DNA of 64,000 bases from Chthonomonas sp. UBA1950 (GTDB lineage: Bacteria; Armatimonadota; Fimbriimonadia; Fimbriimonadales; Fimbriimonadaceae): assembly GCA_002336105.1 (NCBI GenBank), contig DDEQ01000043.1, positions 87,569 through 151,568 on the forward strand, in the 5' to 3' direction. Every line of letters begins with the position of its first letter. The stretch's first letter is position 1. Position numbers and translations under genes: made by a program. A model generated the notes under the pieces. It was given only the letters and a program-made list of their open reading frames with translations, did not search any database and was not told where the DNA came from. Below are positions 49,699 through 59,487 of this stretch, piece by piece.

Positions 49699-50069
49699 AT
49701 GCTATTCACTTCCGATATCGAAGTTGTCAACTCTGCGATAATAGATGGATTCTTCGTTGGATGGCCGAATCCACCTTCAGCGGCTATCCTCAGAAGGCTT
49801 TGCTTCACTCACCTTATCGAGTCATGGCCATCGAGGATAACCGGATGGTCGGTTACGCCACAGGACTCTCGGATTGAGTTTTGTTTTCGTACGTTTCGTC
49901 TCTAGAGATTCTCCCTGAATTTTAGGGCAAGGGTTTAGGCCAAGAATTGGTGCATAGGCTAATGGCAGAGATGCCGCAAGTCTATGCTGTTGATCTGATC
50001 TGCGATCCAGAACTGCTACCTTTCTTATTCAAAAAGCGGTTTTCAGCCCTATACAGGCGCAGTCATTAG
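49699..50069 (+). pseudogene. GNAT acetyltransferase pseudogene
   Basis: GFFVGWPNPPS..., then a frameshift near 49800 into ...VMAIEDNRMVGYATGLSD-TGA(49875)-VLFSYVSSLEILPEF-TAG(49923)-GKGLGQELVHRL...DLICDPELLPF. Confidence 0.65.
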
Positions 50070-50310
50070 GCGTCGCGAATTGTTAGAACAAAAAAGCTCG
50101 TAAGCATCTCCTGGCACGACGATCACTTTGAACTTATCTAGAAACCTCGCGATATGAGAGTCTCGACTTGCACCTCCACCCCATATTCGATTGCGGCAAT
50201 ATGACCAAGCGTAGACAAGCAACCTGACGAACAAATTTCTGTCAAGGAATCAGTCAGTTTCCTTCTCGATAACTGCAATTAATTATTATTTTCAATAGTA
50301 TGTAGCAGAT

Positions 50311-50943
50311 ATGAGTTCAGATTCTGGCCCAACTGAAACCAGCAACCTTGATCCAAAAGAGATCAACACCCTGCTCCAAAACGAAAAGCTTAGACTGGAT
50401 ATCACTAACACAAAACGATTCAGGTCAACCGAATGGGTTTTCAAGCTCATCTCCGTTGTTCCCTCTCTCGTCGCAATTGGGGGGCTGCTTATCACGACTA
50501 ACCAGTTTCTAACCCAGCAACGCACCGGAATGATCGAGCAGAACCTAAGGTCGAAAGCTCAAAGTGAAGACTCAAGACGAGAATTCATGCGCCCTCTTCT
50601 TGCAAAAAGGCTCGAAATCTATCTGGAGGCATCGGAGCAAGCGGCAAAATTGGCCACTTCTCAAGATCCAAAAATCCGTCAAATCGCTCACGACAGGTTC
50701 TATCTTCTCTATTACGGACCGATGGTGTTCGTTGAAGACAAAGACGTCTCGGAAGCTATGGTCAAGTTCAACAACAATCAGGACCTCAAACATTCGCTTG
50801 CCCTAGCGAGCGCCTTGCGCAAATCCTACTTCCGATCACTTCGATTCACCCCGGAAGAATGGCAAAAGGAACAAGAGGACTACGCGGCTGACTCAGCAAG
50901 AATGAACTCAGATTTCGTGGAATTCCCCTCGCCTGGTCGCTGA
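50311..50943 (+). CDS. hypothetical membrane protein
   Basis: 210-aa ORF with one TM (LISVVPSLVAIGGLLITT). No recognisable motif. Confidence 0.45.
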   Translation: MSSDSGPTETSNLDPKEINTLLQNEKLRLDITNTKRFRSTEWVFKLISVVPSLVAIGGLLITTNQFLTQQRTGMIEQNLRSKAQSEDSRREFMRPLLAKRLEIYLEASEQAAKLATSQDPKIRQIAHDRFYLLYYGPMVFVEDKDVSEAMVKFNNNQDLKHSLALASALRKSYFRSLRFTPEEWQKEQEDYAADSARMNSDFVEFPSPGR

Positions 50944-51051
50944 CCGCAGAACAGCCTCACAATCAAAAGGATCTTCTGCCCTCGTACAATCACGGCCTCA
51001 CAGAAGTCCAAACCAAGTCCAATCGCAGCCTGAGGTACCCTATTTTCTTCC

Positions 51052-51570
51052 ATGCCCATAGATGTCCTTCTCTCGGCAGCCCAAGTCGCCGAAAAGGTGA
51101 AAGAGTTGGCAACACAGATCGACTCTGAAACCAATGCCGAACAGCTTCTTCTTATCGGCGTGCTCAAAGGATCTTTTCACTTCCTGAGCGACTTGGCCCG
51201 TGCCCTCAAAACCGACAGCATCGTCGACTTTATGCAGGTGAGCAGCTACGGCTCTGGTAAGTCTCAAACAGGTGTTGTGCAAATTCGTAAAGATTTAGAC
51301 ATCAATATTGAGGGAAAAGACGTCATTATAGTAGAGGACATTGTGGATACAGGGATTACCCTGAGCCACTTGAGGGAGCTTCTCTCCACTCGCAGACCAA
51401 AATCTCTCAAGGTTGTTTGCCTACTTTCTAAGCCAGAAGCAAGAAGAATCAACCCTGAGGTAGAGTATGTTGGTTTTGAGATTCCAAACGAGTTCGTGGT
51501 AGGATACGGACTCGATCACGGCGAAAAATACCGAAATCTGCCGTTCATTGGAATTCTCCGAGAGGGCTAA
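51052..51570 (+). CDS. hpt: hypoxanthine phosphoribosyltransferase
   Basis: LIGVLKGSFHFLSDLARAL and the PRPP motif DVIIVEDIVDTGITL. Confidence 0.93.
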   Translation: MPIDVLLSAAQVAEKVKELATQIDSETNAEQLLLIGVLKGSFHFLSDLARALKTDSIVDFMQVSSYGSGKSQTGVVQIRKDLDINIEGKDVIIVEDIVDTGITLSHLRELLSTRRPKSLKVVCLLSKPEARRINPEVEYVGFEIPNEFVVGYGLDHGEKYRNLPFIGILREG

Positions 51571-51634
51571 GCTCTAATTCCGGCCCATTGATGTCTTCTT
51601 AACTCAAGACAAAACCTGCGTTTCAGGAACAAAC

Positions 51635-53026
51635 ATGACCCATTCATTCCGACCTCGTAAGTCAGAAGGTGGCGGCGGCCAACAGCGCCGACGCCGAGGC
51701 GGCGGAGGCAGTCGAGAAGGACTGCCTAAGAACGATCAAGCTGATCTAGAACTGCTGCCCGAAAAGGACTACAACTATTACGACCAACTCACTCCGGCAG
51801 CTCTGCTGAAAGAGTGTAAGTCGGCAAAACTCGACCCCAAGAAGCTACTCCGACACGAGCTCATTGAAACGCTGCTTATCCAAAACAACGAGGAAAGTGG
51901 GGCCCTTTATGGTCGAGGAATCTTAGAATTCGTTCAAGACTACGGCTTTTTACGACGCGAAAATTATCATCCGTCACCTCAAGACGTTTACGTTTCGCAA
52001 AGCCAGATCAAGAAGTTCAATCTGCGACCCGGCGACACAGTTTTTGGTCAGGTTCGCGCTCCAAAAGAGGGTGAAAAGTATCAGGGAATGCTTCGCGTTG
52101 AGAGCATTAACTCCTTCGCGACCGGTAGCGTCGAGATGCAGAAGCGAAAGAACTTCGAAGATCTCACGCCGTTATTCCCTAACGAGCGCCTGTTGATGGA
52201 GACCGTCGCTGAGAATATCCCTCAGCGAATTGTCGACATCATCTGCCCGATCGGAAAAGGACAACGCGGCCTCATCGTCTCTCCTCCTAAGGCAGGAAAG
52301 ACGACCATGATGAAAACCATCGCCAGCGCGATCACGAGCAACCACCCAGAGGTTTATCTGATGGTTCTTCTCGTCGACGAACGCCCTGAAGAAGTGACCG
52401 ACATGCGACGTTCTGTGCGCGGTCAGGTGATTTCATCGACGTTTGATGAGCCAGCCGAGAACCACATGCGCGTTGCCGAACTATGTCTCGAACAGGCAAA
52501 GCGTTTGGTCGAAGGCGGTCGTGACGTGGTCATCCTTTTGGACTCGATCACACGTATGTCTCGTGCATCGAACCTTACGATCAATCCATCGGGACGAACG
52601 CTCTCTGGCGGTCTGGACCCAGCGGCTTTATACCGACCTCGCCGATTCTTTGGCTCCGCTCGAAACATCGAAGAAGGCGGCTCATTGACGGTCATCGCTT
52701 CTGCGCTTGTTGACACAGGTTCGAAGATGGATGATGCGATCTTTGAAGAGTTCAAGGGAACGGGCAACATGGAACTGGTTCTCGACCGAGAGCTTGCCGA
52801 GCGACGTATTTGGCCAGCCATTGACGTTAAGCGCAGTTCAACCCGACACGAAGAGCTACTTTTCAAGAAAGAGGAACTCGAAGGCGTCGTTCAACTACAC
52901 CGCTTGCTTGCGAACCAGCAAAACGCGGTCGAGGCAACTGATAGCCTCATCAAACTCCTCAAACGAACCCCGAACAACTCGGCGTTCCTTGAGAGCGTTA
53001 TCGCCCGAACAAAGGCAACCGTTTAA
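51635..53026 (+). CDS. rho: transcription termination factor Rho
   Basis: RNA-binding FGFLR, Walker A PPKAGKTT, LLVDERPEEV. Arg/Gly-rich N-terminal extension. Confidence 0.96.
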   Translation: MTHSFRPRKSEGGGGQQRRRRGGGGSREGLPKNDQADLELLPEKDYNYYDQLTPAALLKECKSAKLDPKKLLRHELIETLLIQNNEESGALYGRGILEFVQDYGFLRRENYHPSPQDVYVSQSQIKKFNLRPGDTVFGQVRAPKEGEKYQGMLRVESINSFATGSVEMQKRKNFEDLTPLFPNERLLMETVAENIPQRIVDIICPIGKGQRGLIVSPPKAGKTTMMKTIASAITSNHPEVYLMVLLVDERPEEVTDMRRSVRGQVISSTFDEPAENHMRVAELCLEQAKRLVEGGRDVVILLDSITRMSRASNLTINPSGRTLSGGLDPAALYRPRRFFGSARNIEEGGSLTVIASALVDTGSKMDDAIFEEFKGTGNMELVLDRELAERRIWPAIDVKRSSTRHEELLFKKEELEGVVQLHRLLANQQNAVEATDSLIKLLKRTPNNSAFLESVIARTKATV

Positions 53027-53041
53027 TAACGGTTGCCTTTT
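53011..53041. terminator. hairpin terminator spanning the rho stop
   Basis: 13-bp stem aaaggcaaccgtt / aacggttgccttt with a 4-nt loop containing the TAA stop. Lies between convergent rho and zwf. Confidence 0.6.
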
Positions 53042-53047
53042 CAGGCA

Positions 53048-54547
53048 TTAACCCGCGAACGGAACAGCTGGCGGGTTGTACCAGCTTCTTCCGTCCCTAG
53101 CTAGAAGCGTGTCGGCAGCGTCTGGCCCCCAACTTCCGGAAGCATAATTCGGGAACGAAGAGGCCGGAATGTTCGACCAAGCCTCGAGAATAGGCATGAC
53201 CAGCTTCCAGGCGTAGGTTTCCTGGTCAGCGCGCATAAACAAAGTTTGGTCGCCCTGCATCACTTCTTGAAGCAAAGTTTCGTAGGCTTCTCGACTTTCC
53301 GCCCTAAAAGCATCGCCGTAGCGCATGCTCATGTGAACAGGTCGCAAGCGCATCCCGGCTCCTGGTTCTTTAGCTTCAAACTTCAAGTCAATGCCTTCTT
53401 CTGGCTGAATGTTGATGGTTAACCGATTAGGCTCAAATGAGTCGGTAGCGGTCGCCGGGAACATCTGATGCGGAATCGGGCGGAAATAAACGAGAATCTG
53501 ACTCGTCTTCTTTGCCATTCGTTTGCCAGTTCGAAGGTAGAACGGAACGCCTTGCCAGCGCCAGTTATCAATGGTGAATCGAACTGCGGCGTAAGTTTCG
53601 GTGTCGGATTCTGGGTCGACGCCTGGCTCGGATCGATATGCTTTCAGCTTTGGACCCACGCCGTACTGTCCTCGTACAGTGTTGCGGCTGATTTCCTCTG
53701 GTGTCATAGGTCGCATCGCCTTCAGAACGTCAACCTTCTTGTTGCGAACCTCGTCGGCTTCGAAGCTCACCGGAGGCTCCATGGCGACCAAACACAACAA
53801 CTGCAAAAGGTGATTTTGAATCATGTCGCGTAGAGCGCCTGAAGTGTCGTAATACCCACCACGAAGCTCAACTCCGACCTCTTCAGCCACAGTGATCTGG
53901 ATATGATCGACATATCGTCGATTCCAAATCGGCTCCCACAGGGCGTTTGCAAACCGGAAAGCTAGAATGTTCTGAACCGTTTCCTTGCCGAGATAGTGAT
54001 CGATTCTATAAACCTGACTCTCGTTGAAAGCCCTCAATAGGTTCGAATTCAGCTCCTCACTTGATTCAAGATCGCGACCAAACGGCTTCTCGACGATGAT
54101 TCGGTCATTCTTTCTGTGAGAACTGAGTCCGGCTTCGCCAAGGTTATCGGCAATGTCACCAAAAATCGATGGGGGCACCGAAAGGTAGTAACAGCGAGAA
54201 GCCTGCTCTCCGAACTTGCCTTCGATTTCGTCGATCATGTTTCGCAAGCGAACATAGTCTTGCTTGTCGGTGTAGTCACCTAAAATGAAGTCAATGTTTG
54301 AGGCGAACTCGTCCCAGGTTTTTGCATCTGCGGCACCGCGACGGCTGTATTGAGCCATTGCATCCTTCATCTGGCTTCGGAATGACTCGGTATCACCATT
54401 TCGACTCATGCCGATGATGGCGAATTTTGACGGCAGATGCTTATCTAAGAACAGGTTATACAAAGCCGGCAATAGCTTGCGCTTTGTCAGGTCGCCACTC
54501 GCGCCAAAAATGACGACAATTGTTGGAGGCAAAGGTTGATGAGTCAT
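53048..54547 (-). CDS. zwf: glucose-6-phosphate 1-dehydrogenase
   Basis: ORF to 54568. ATG 54547 makes an ATGA overlap with gnd. [22 protein letters not shown]. Confidence 0.95.
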   Translation of the reverse strand: MTHQPLPPTIVVIFGASGDLTKRKLLPALYNLFLDKHLPSKFAIIGMSRNGDTESFRSQMKDAMAQYSRRGAADAKTWDEFASNIDFILGDYTDKQDYVRLRNMIDEIEGKFGEQASRCYYLSVPPSIFGDIADNLGEAGLSSHRKNDRIIVEKPFGRDLESSEELNSNLLRAFNESQVYRIDHYLGKETVQNILAFRFANALWEPIWNRRYVDHIQITVAEEVGVELRGGYYDTSGALRDMIQNHLLQLLCLVAMEPPVSFEADEVRNKKVDVLKAMRPMTPEEISRNTVRGQYGVGPKLKAYRSEPGVDPESDTETYAAVRFTIDNWRWQGVPFYLRTGKRMAKKTSQILVYFRPIPHQMFPATATDSFEPNRLTINIQPEEGIDLKFEAKEPGAGMRLRPVHMSMRYGDAFRAESREAYETLLQEVMQGDQTLFMRADQETYAWKLVMPILEAWSNIPASSFPNYASGSWGPDAADTLLARDGRSWYNPPAVPFAG

Positions 54548-55947
54548 TTCGTGTCGGAAGTCTCCCAAAGAGTGTGGAATGAACCCGGTTGATCGGTTCT
54601 TTCGTAGGTGTGCGCGCCGAAGAGGTCCCGTTGCCCCTGAATTAAATTAGCCGGCAGCCGTTCACGACGGTAGCCATCAAAATAGGCTAGGCTCGCAGAA
54701 AGAGCTGGGACCGGAATGCCAGCCTTCACGGCTTCAGCAACAACGCCTCGCAATCCGATAACGCTCTGTTCGACGAGCTTAGCCATATCTGCATCGAGGA
54801 GCAAGTTGGTGATCTCAGGGGCTTTCGAGACTGCCTGAGCAAGCGGATCAAGCAACCGACTACGGATAATGCAACCAGCTCTCCAAACGCGGAGAACCTG
54901 AGTGAGGTCGGTGCCGAATCCGTATTCGCCGCTCGCTGCGACGATCTGCGCAAGTCCCTGAATGTAGGAAAGAAGCGAAGCAGCCGTGAATGCACCAGCC
55001 AATTGCTCGACGGATAAGTTCAACGAACCAGATATTGATCCAATCAGCTTGGCAACCCGCACTCTCTCGTCCTTGTATCCGCTCAATTCGCGTGCTGAAA
55101 CAGCAGCATCGATGGTCGGGATTGGCAATCCTAGGTCCATTGCATCTTGCGAGGTCCACTTCCCTGTTCCTTTAGACTTCGCCTTATCAGAAATCAGATC
55201 GACCAGTTGACCGCCGCCATCAGCCGGATACCGGAGTACAGTTGATGCAATCTCAACGAGGAATCCACCCATTTGGCTTTGACTCCACGTTTCGAACAGT
55301 TCTGCGATTTCTAGGTTGGATTTTCCAAGACCAGTCTTCTGCAGATCATAGATTTCGGCGATGATCTGCATCACGGCGTATTCGATGCCGTTATGGACCG
55401 TTTTGACATAGTGACCTGCTGCACCGGAGCCCATCAAAGCGACGCAGCTTTCGCCCTCGTGTTTGGCGGCAACGCTCTCCAGAATTGGCCTCACGCGTTC
55501 GTAATCTGTAGGTGTACCGCCGGGCATCATGCTTGGCCCACGACGAGCACCACGTTCTCCGCCTGATACACCCATCCCCATAAAGCCGATGCCCGTTTTT
55601 GCTAGCTCATCGACCCTTCGGATTGTGTCCTTGAAATAGCTATTCCCACCGTCGATGAGAAAATCGCCAGCCTCTAGATGCGGCATCACCGATGCAATCA
55701 CCGAGTCCACGGGTTTCCCCGCCGGAACCAGCATCATGATTGCTCGTGGTTTGCGGATCGACGAAACAAACGCCGCAAGATCAGAAAATCCTTCGACTTT
55801 ATCGCCATCTTTCGACAGAGCTTCAGCTTTCTTCGGATCCGTATCGAATCCAGCAACCGAATGCCCGTGATCGGCCATGTTGAGCAGGAGCGCGTGCCCC
55901 ATGGTGCCAAGGCCGATCATTCCAAAATCGTGTTTACCTGTAGTCAT
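54544..55947 (-). CDS. gnd: 6-phosphogluconate dehydrogenase (decarboxylating)
   Basis: [38 protein letters not shown]. Confidence 0.95.
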   Translation of the reverse strand: MTTGKHDFGMIGLGTMGHALLLNMADHGHSVAGFDTDPKKAEALSKDGDKVEGFSDLAAFVSSIRKPRAIMMLVPAGKPVDSVIASVMPHLEAGDFLIDGGNSYFKDTIRRVDELAKTGIGFMGMGVSGGERGARRGPSMMPGGTPTDYERVRPILESVAAKHEGESCVALMGSGAAGHYVKTVHNGIEYAVMQIIAEIYDLQKTGLGKSNLEIAELFETWSQSQMGGFLVEIASTVLRYPADGGGQLVDLISDKAKSKGTGKWTSQDAMDLGLPIPTIDAAVSARELSGYKDERVRVAKLIGSISGSLNLSVEQLAGAFTAASLLSYIQGLAQIVAASGEYGFGTDLTQVLRVWRAGCIIRSRLLDPLAQAVSKAPEITNLLLDADMAKLVEQSVIGLRGVVAEAVKAGIPVPALSASLAYFDGYRRERLPANLIQGQRDLFGAHTYERTDQPGSFHTLWETSDTK

Positions 55948-55952
55948 TCCCC

Positions 55953-57056
55953 TTATCTGGGAGATTCTACGCGACTAAACACCTTAGATGCCGTGAAATA
56001 TGCCCGCGCAACCGCTGCTTGGTCAATCATTTCATACTTTACGTGCTCTGTTCGTGGCTTATTCCAGTCACCAGGGTATCGGTTTTCGCTTTCACGAACC
56101 TTGTCGTGAAGGAATACTAAGGCATTCGCAATGCGGTCTAGCGGCAAATCAATCCCTGGAACTTTGTCTTTAGCGGTAAACAAGTTTTCAAGCAGCAGGT
56201 GAGCAAATCGCCCACCATCATCAAAGTGGTCTGGATTCTCTTTCAACCACCGATTTAGGCTTGCTTTGACCATTAACCGAACGTCGTCGGCATAGCGCGA
56301 CTTCTTCGTAATCTCGTAAAGATAAGCCCCACTTCGGATCATCAAAGCAGTGTTATAGGACCACTTTGTTTTCTCGATCTTCCCTTTTAAGTTGATGTTG
56401 TCCCAAAAAAGATGATCAGTTGGGTCCTGTAGCGTCTTCTTAGTCCAGAGGTAGAGTTGTTCCGCCTTGAGAAGATAATCCTTGTTCTTCGTATGTTCGT
56501 AGACCGCCAAACACGCGGCAGCGCCAGGACCATTTGAGCAAGTGTTCTTTGAAGTCTTTTCCTCTTCCTTCCAGTAGATTCCCCCACCAAGAACGTCGTC
56601 TTCGCCCGAAAGCGCAAACTTTAATGTGTCCTCCGAAAGTTTCAATTGCTTGATATCTTTGGTGATGGCGTATGAATCGGCTAGCGCCATTACCATCCAC
56701 TCGTTGTCATCGTAATATCGATCAACGGGCTTTGGTGTCGGAAGAACATCGAATCCAGCGACTGGCGGCAAGGTGTTCCAATAAACCGGAATTTTGCTCA
56801 GATATTCCTTGAGCACAGGTTTGAATTTGGCATCTACTTCAACAGCTGCGTTCAAAGCTGGAATAAGGACACCCACTCCCCAGTTGAAAGCGACCTGAGA
56901 CTTTTTCTCCTTGGTGCTAAAAGCATCACGATAGAGACCAGATTTGGAATCGTAATAGTCTCGTCGAATCGCTTCAAGTGTCTCGCGTCCGTATTGGGCG
57001 AAAAGTTCTGACTGTGAGGGTTGCATCATCGCGTAAGCACACACCAGGGCCAACAT
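55953..57056 (-). CDS. glycoside hydrolase family 76-like (alpha-1,6-mannanase-like)
   Basis: YDDNEWMVMALADSYAITKD and GGIYWKEE...KNTCSNGPGA match GH76 hallmarks. Confidence 0.55.
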   Translation of the reverse strand: MLALVCAYAMMQPSQSELFAQYGRETLEAIRRDYYDSKSGLYRDAFSTKEKKSQVAFNWGVGVLIPALNAAVEVDAKFKPVLKEYLSKIPVYWNTLPPVAGFDVLPTPKPVDRYYDDNEWMVMALADSYAITKDIKQLKLSEDTLKFALSGEDDVLGGGIYWKEEEKTSKNTCSNGPGAAACLAVYEHTKNKDYLLKAEQLYLWTKKTLQDPTDHLFWDNINLKGKIEKTKWSYNTALMIRSGAYLYEITKKSRYADDVRLMVKASLNRWLKENPDHFDDGGRFAHLLLENLFTAKDKVPGIDLPLDRIANALVFLHDKVRESENRYPGDWNKPRTEHVKYEMIDQAAVARAYFTASKVFSRVESPR

Positions 57057-57084
57057 AGCCTAGTCTATCTTTCTAAACGTGGAA

Positions 57085-59487
57085 TCAGGCTGTCTTTCCA
57101 GAACTTCCTTCACTATCTAGTGTTTGCAACGCCAGCTGAACCTCTTCTACCGTTAGCGGCTTATGCCCTTTTCCGACAAGGTAGAAGGCTGCGGCCCCAA
57201 GGCCAGCCCATTGCCCGAGGCGAGCAGTTAGAATGTTCCACCCACGATCCGCTATGAGTCGAGATAATCGATAGGGCATTCCGCGTCCGCGTGCCGCACG
57301 TATCTCTAGAATCCCTGGTGTTCCTGGCAGGAAGGTGTACTTGAAGTCTCGCTGCTTTCTCTCGGGGTCTTTACCCTTATCTTTAAGCAACTGTGACACG
57401 TCAAGCGTCCCCTTAGCCACGGCAAGGAGCGCAGCGGAGACGTAATTAGCTGTGGCCGCAGGAATGGGTCTACCCCCAAAATTGATCGTGAAGACGTCAA
57501 TTGCTGTCGCTGGCACAGTCATCGTCGTACAAGCTCGAATTCCCGTCACAGAGAGTTCAAAAGCGTAAAAAACGCCGAGCATTCTGCTGAGCAGACCTGG
57601 CGAGTCCAGGGCACAGACAGTCAACTCAGTAGCACTCAGGTCATTTCGATGAAACATCTCAACCGTCGGCTCGCCATGCACCGCTTTGTCGGCGAACTTC
57701 ATATGCAATCGCACTAACTCAGTCGGAGTTGAAGTGAGATAGTGGATCGGCAAGCTCTCAAGAAAACGTTGGATTTTCCATTCGTCTTCGGCTTCACCTC
57801 TCAACTGCCGCAAAAGACGCGCACGACTAACGGTCGCATCGGCAATTGGAGCGTCTTGGCCCTGTAATCGACCTGCGGTTCTCTTGTACAATTCGCGCAA
57901 GAAGGTGTCTTGGCTTGGAGTCCACGCCCCCTCTGAAACAGCCGACACATCGGCCCAAGTGAGGAGTGTCAGCATTCCTAACCTTTGTAGATCCTTCACA
58001 TTATTGGCGAACTCTTCGATGGTTTGCGGTTGGGAAATATCGCGTATGCGAATCACTCGCGACATCGAAAGATGCTGGCGAACGAGCCACTTTACGTTCT
58101 CTGAGAAATCCGTTGAGAGCTCCCAACGTGACGTAACATCTCCTGCCAATTCGGCACCGAACTCTTCGTGCTGTTTTGAGTAATCAATCTTTCCGACGTC
58201 ATGGAGTAACGCTGCGAGATAGACCTGCTCTAAGTCGTTCAAGGTGGATCGTACATCACCCAAAAATGTCCCGGGTTCGATGCTATCTAGAGCTCGAATC
58301 ACTCGCATCGAATGCTCAAAAACGGTGTACCGATGCACTGTATCAGTTGGGAAAACACCTCGGCAGGAGGTTAGTTCAGGCAAAAGAATATCGAGAAGTC
58401 CACAACGATCAAGGTTGCGTAGAGTTGGCTCGCCAGATGCACAGGCATAAGCAGCGGCCGGACCGTTTGAGACTGGCCCTGCAGTCATTCGTATATCGGA
58501 TACTCGAAGCCCGAGTCGGGTGGCAATAGCGACACCGACAGCCGCATCAGCTGCGTCAGGCTTCCCAACAAGCCTTGCTTCGCCTTGTACAGCAAGAACG
58601 CCATTTGCCAACGGATACCTAGATTCCGATAGCTTTTCCTTTGCGCGTTGATACCAGCGATGCACTTCCGAGGCTGCTTCGGCGTACATGGACATCATCG
58701 CCAGAGGATCCATGCCGAGTTTCGCCGCAACCTCTTCTTGTTTTTGATGAGTGAAGAGGTCTTGGGGCTTGCCTGCTGATAAATGCAGCACATTACGAAG
58801 CTTCATCAAGGTGTCGTAGGCTTGAGTTGGCCTTGAAGGTCGCTCGCCTATCGCTTCTCGAATCCAGTTAGCGCAATGGAAACACCTCAATCCACCTGCA
58901 CCTTCTTTGAGCTGAGGTTCAACCACCAACGGTGTGTCGTGGTAACGAGCGAACATTTCTTCTCGCTCCTGTATCTTCGAGAGGACAAATTCACCTGCAG
59001 AGAAAGTCGCGGAAAGCTCCAACTCTAGGTCACGCAAAAGTTCAGGCGCACCAGCAACCAATCGGGCATCGAGCAGTCCAGTTCGAGTTTTCGCGTCCAA
59101 ACCAGGAACATCTGAAAGCAGTCGGTAGGCATATCCTACGTCTAGCCGAAGGACCGTACAATAAGCCCAGTGGATATCTTGAAAAAGAGTTCTTACAGCA
59201 GAGTCGAGTTCAGGAGAAGCCTCATCCCCCGGCATAATCGTTAGGTCGAGGTCCGAGTAAACCGATAACTCGCGCCTTCCGTATCCACCAGTGGCAATAA
59301 TTGCCAAAGTAGGTAAATCTGGTTTTGAAGCGACTAGATCATCGAAAATGGCGTGCAGAATTGCGTCACAAACATCGGTGTGACGTTCACACCAACCTAC
59401 ACCTCTCGGGTTAGCAGCAAGCTGCGATAAAAGAATCTGTCGCTGATCGGCTAACTCATAAATACGGGCCTTTGTTAATTCGTTCAA
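57085..59487 (-). CDS. glnD: [protein-PII] uridylyltransferase/uridylyl-removing enzyme
   Basis: NTase GGYGRRELSVYSDLDL, HD domain LLHDVGK, two C-terminal ACT-like domains. 800 aa. Confidence 0.88.
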   Translation of the reverse strand: MNELTKARIYELADQRQILLSQLAANPRGVGWCERHTDVCDAILHAIFDDLVASKPDLPTLAIIATGGYGRRELSVYSDLDLTIMPGDEASPELDSAVRTLFQDIHWAYCTVLRLDVGYAYRLLSDVPGLDAKTRTGLLDARLVAGAPELLRDLELELSATFSAGEFVLSKIQEREEMFARYHDTPLVVEPQLKEGAGGLRCFHCANWIREAIGERPSRPTQAYDTLMKLRNVLHLSAGKPQDLFTHQKQEEVAAKLGMDPLAMMSMYAEAASEVHRWYQRAKEKLSESRYPLANGVLAVQGEARLVGKPDAADAAVGVAIATRLGLRVSDIRMTAGPVSNGPAAAYACASGEPTLRNLDRCGLLDILLPELTSCRGVFPTDTVHRYTVFEHSMRVIRALDSIEPGTFLGDVRSTLNDLEQVYLAALLHDVGKIDYSKQHEEFGAELAGDVTSRWELSTDFSENVKWLVRQHLSMSRVIRIRDISQPQTIEEFANNVKDLQRLGMLTLLTWADVSAVSEGAWTPSQDTFLRELYKRTAGRLQGQDAPIADATVSRARLLRQLRGEAEDEWKIQRFLESLPIHYLTSTPTELVRLHMKFADKAVHGEPTVEMFHRNDLSATELTVCALDSPGLLSRMLGVFYAFELSVTGIRACTTMTVPATAIDVFTINFGGRPIPAATANYVSAALLAVAKGTLDVSQLLKDKGKDPERKQRDFKYTFLPGTPGILEIRAARGRGMPYRLSRLIADRGWNILTARLGQWAGLGAAAFYLVGKGHKPLTVEEVQLALQTLDSEGSSGKTA

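Larger units (their letters stand above)
45210..50300. other. tRNA-Ala-adjacent degraded accessory island (right boundary uncertain, 50.1-51.0 kb)
   Basis: AT-richer by sampled lines (23/60 and 26/60 GC at 47881 and 47941, versus 36-37/60 in ftsZ and murE lines). Contains an IS remnant and several nonsense- or frameshift-disrupted genes. Confidence 0.5.

Noticed and set aside
50172-50180. ACCTCCACC as attR direct repeat of the tRNA-Ala 3' end
   Set aside because: Only 9 nt are identical. About 0.5 chance matches of a given 9-mer are expected in 64 kb on both strands, and the flanking bases do not extend the match. I kept it only as a weak note in the island finding.
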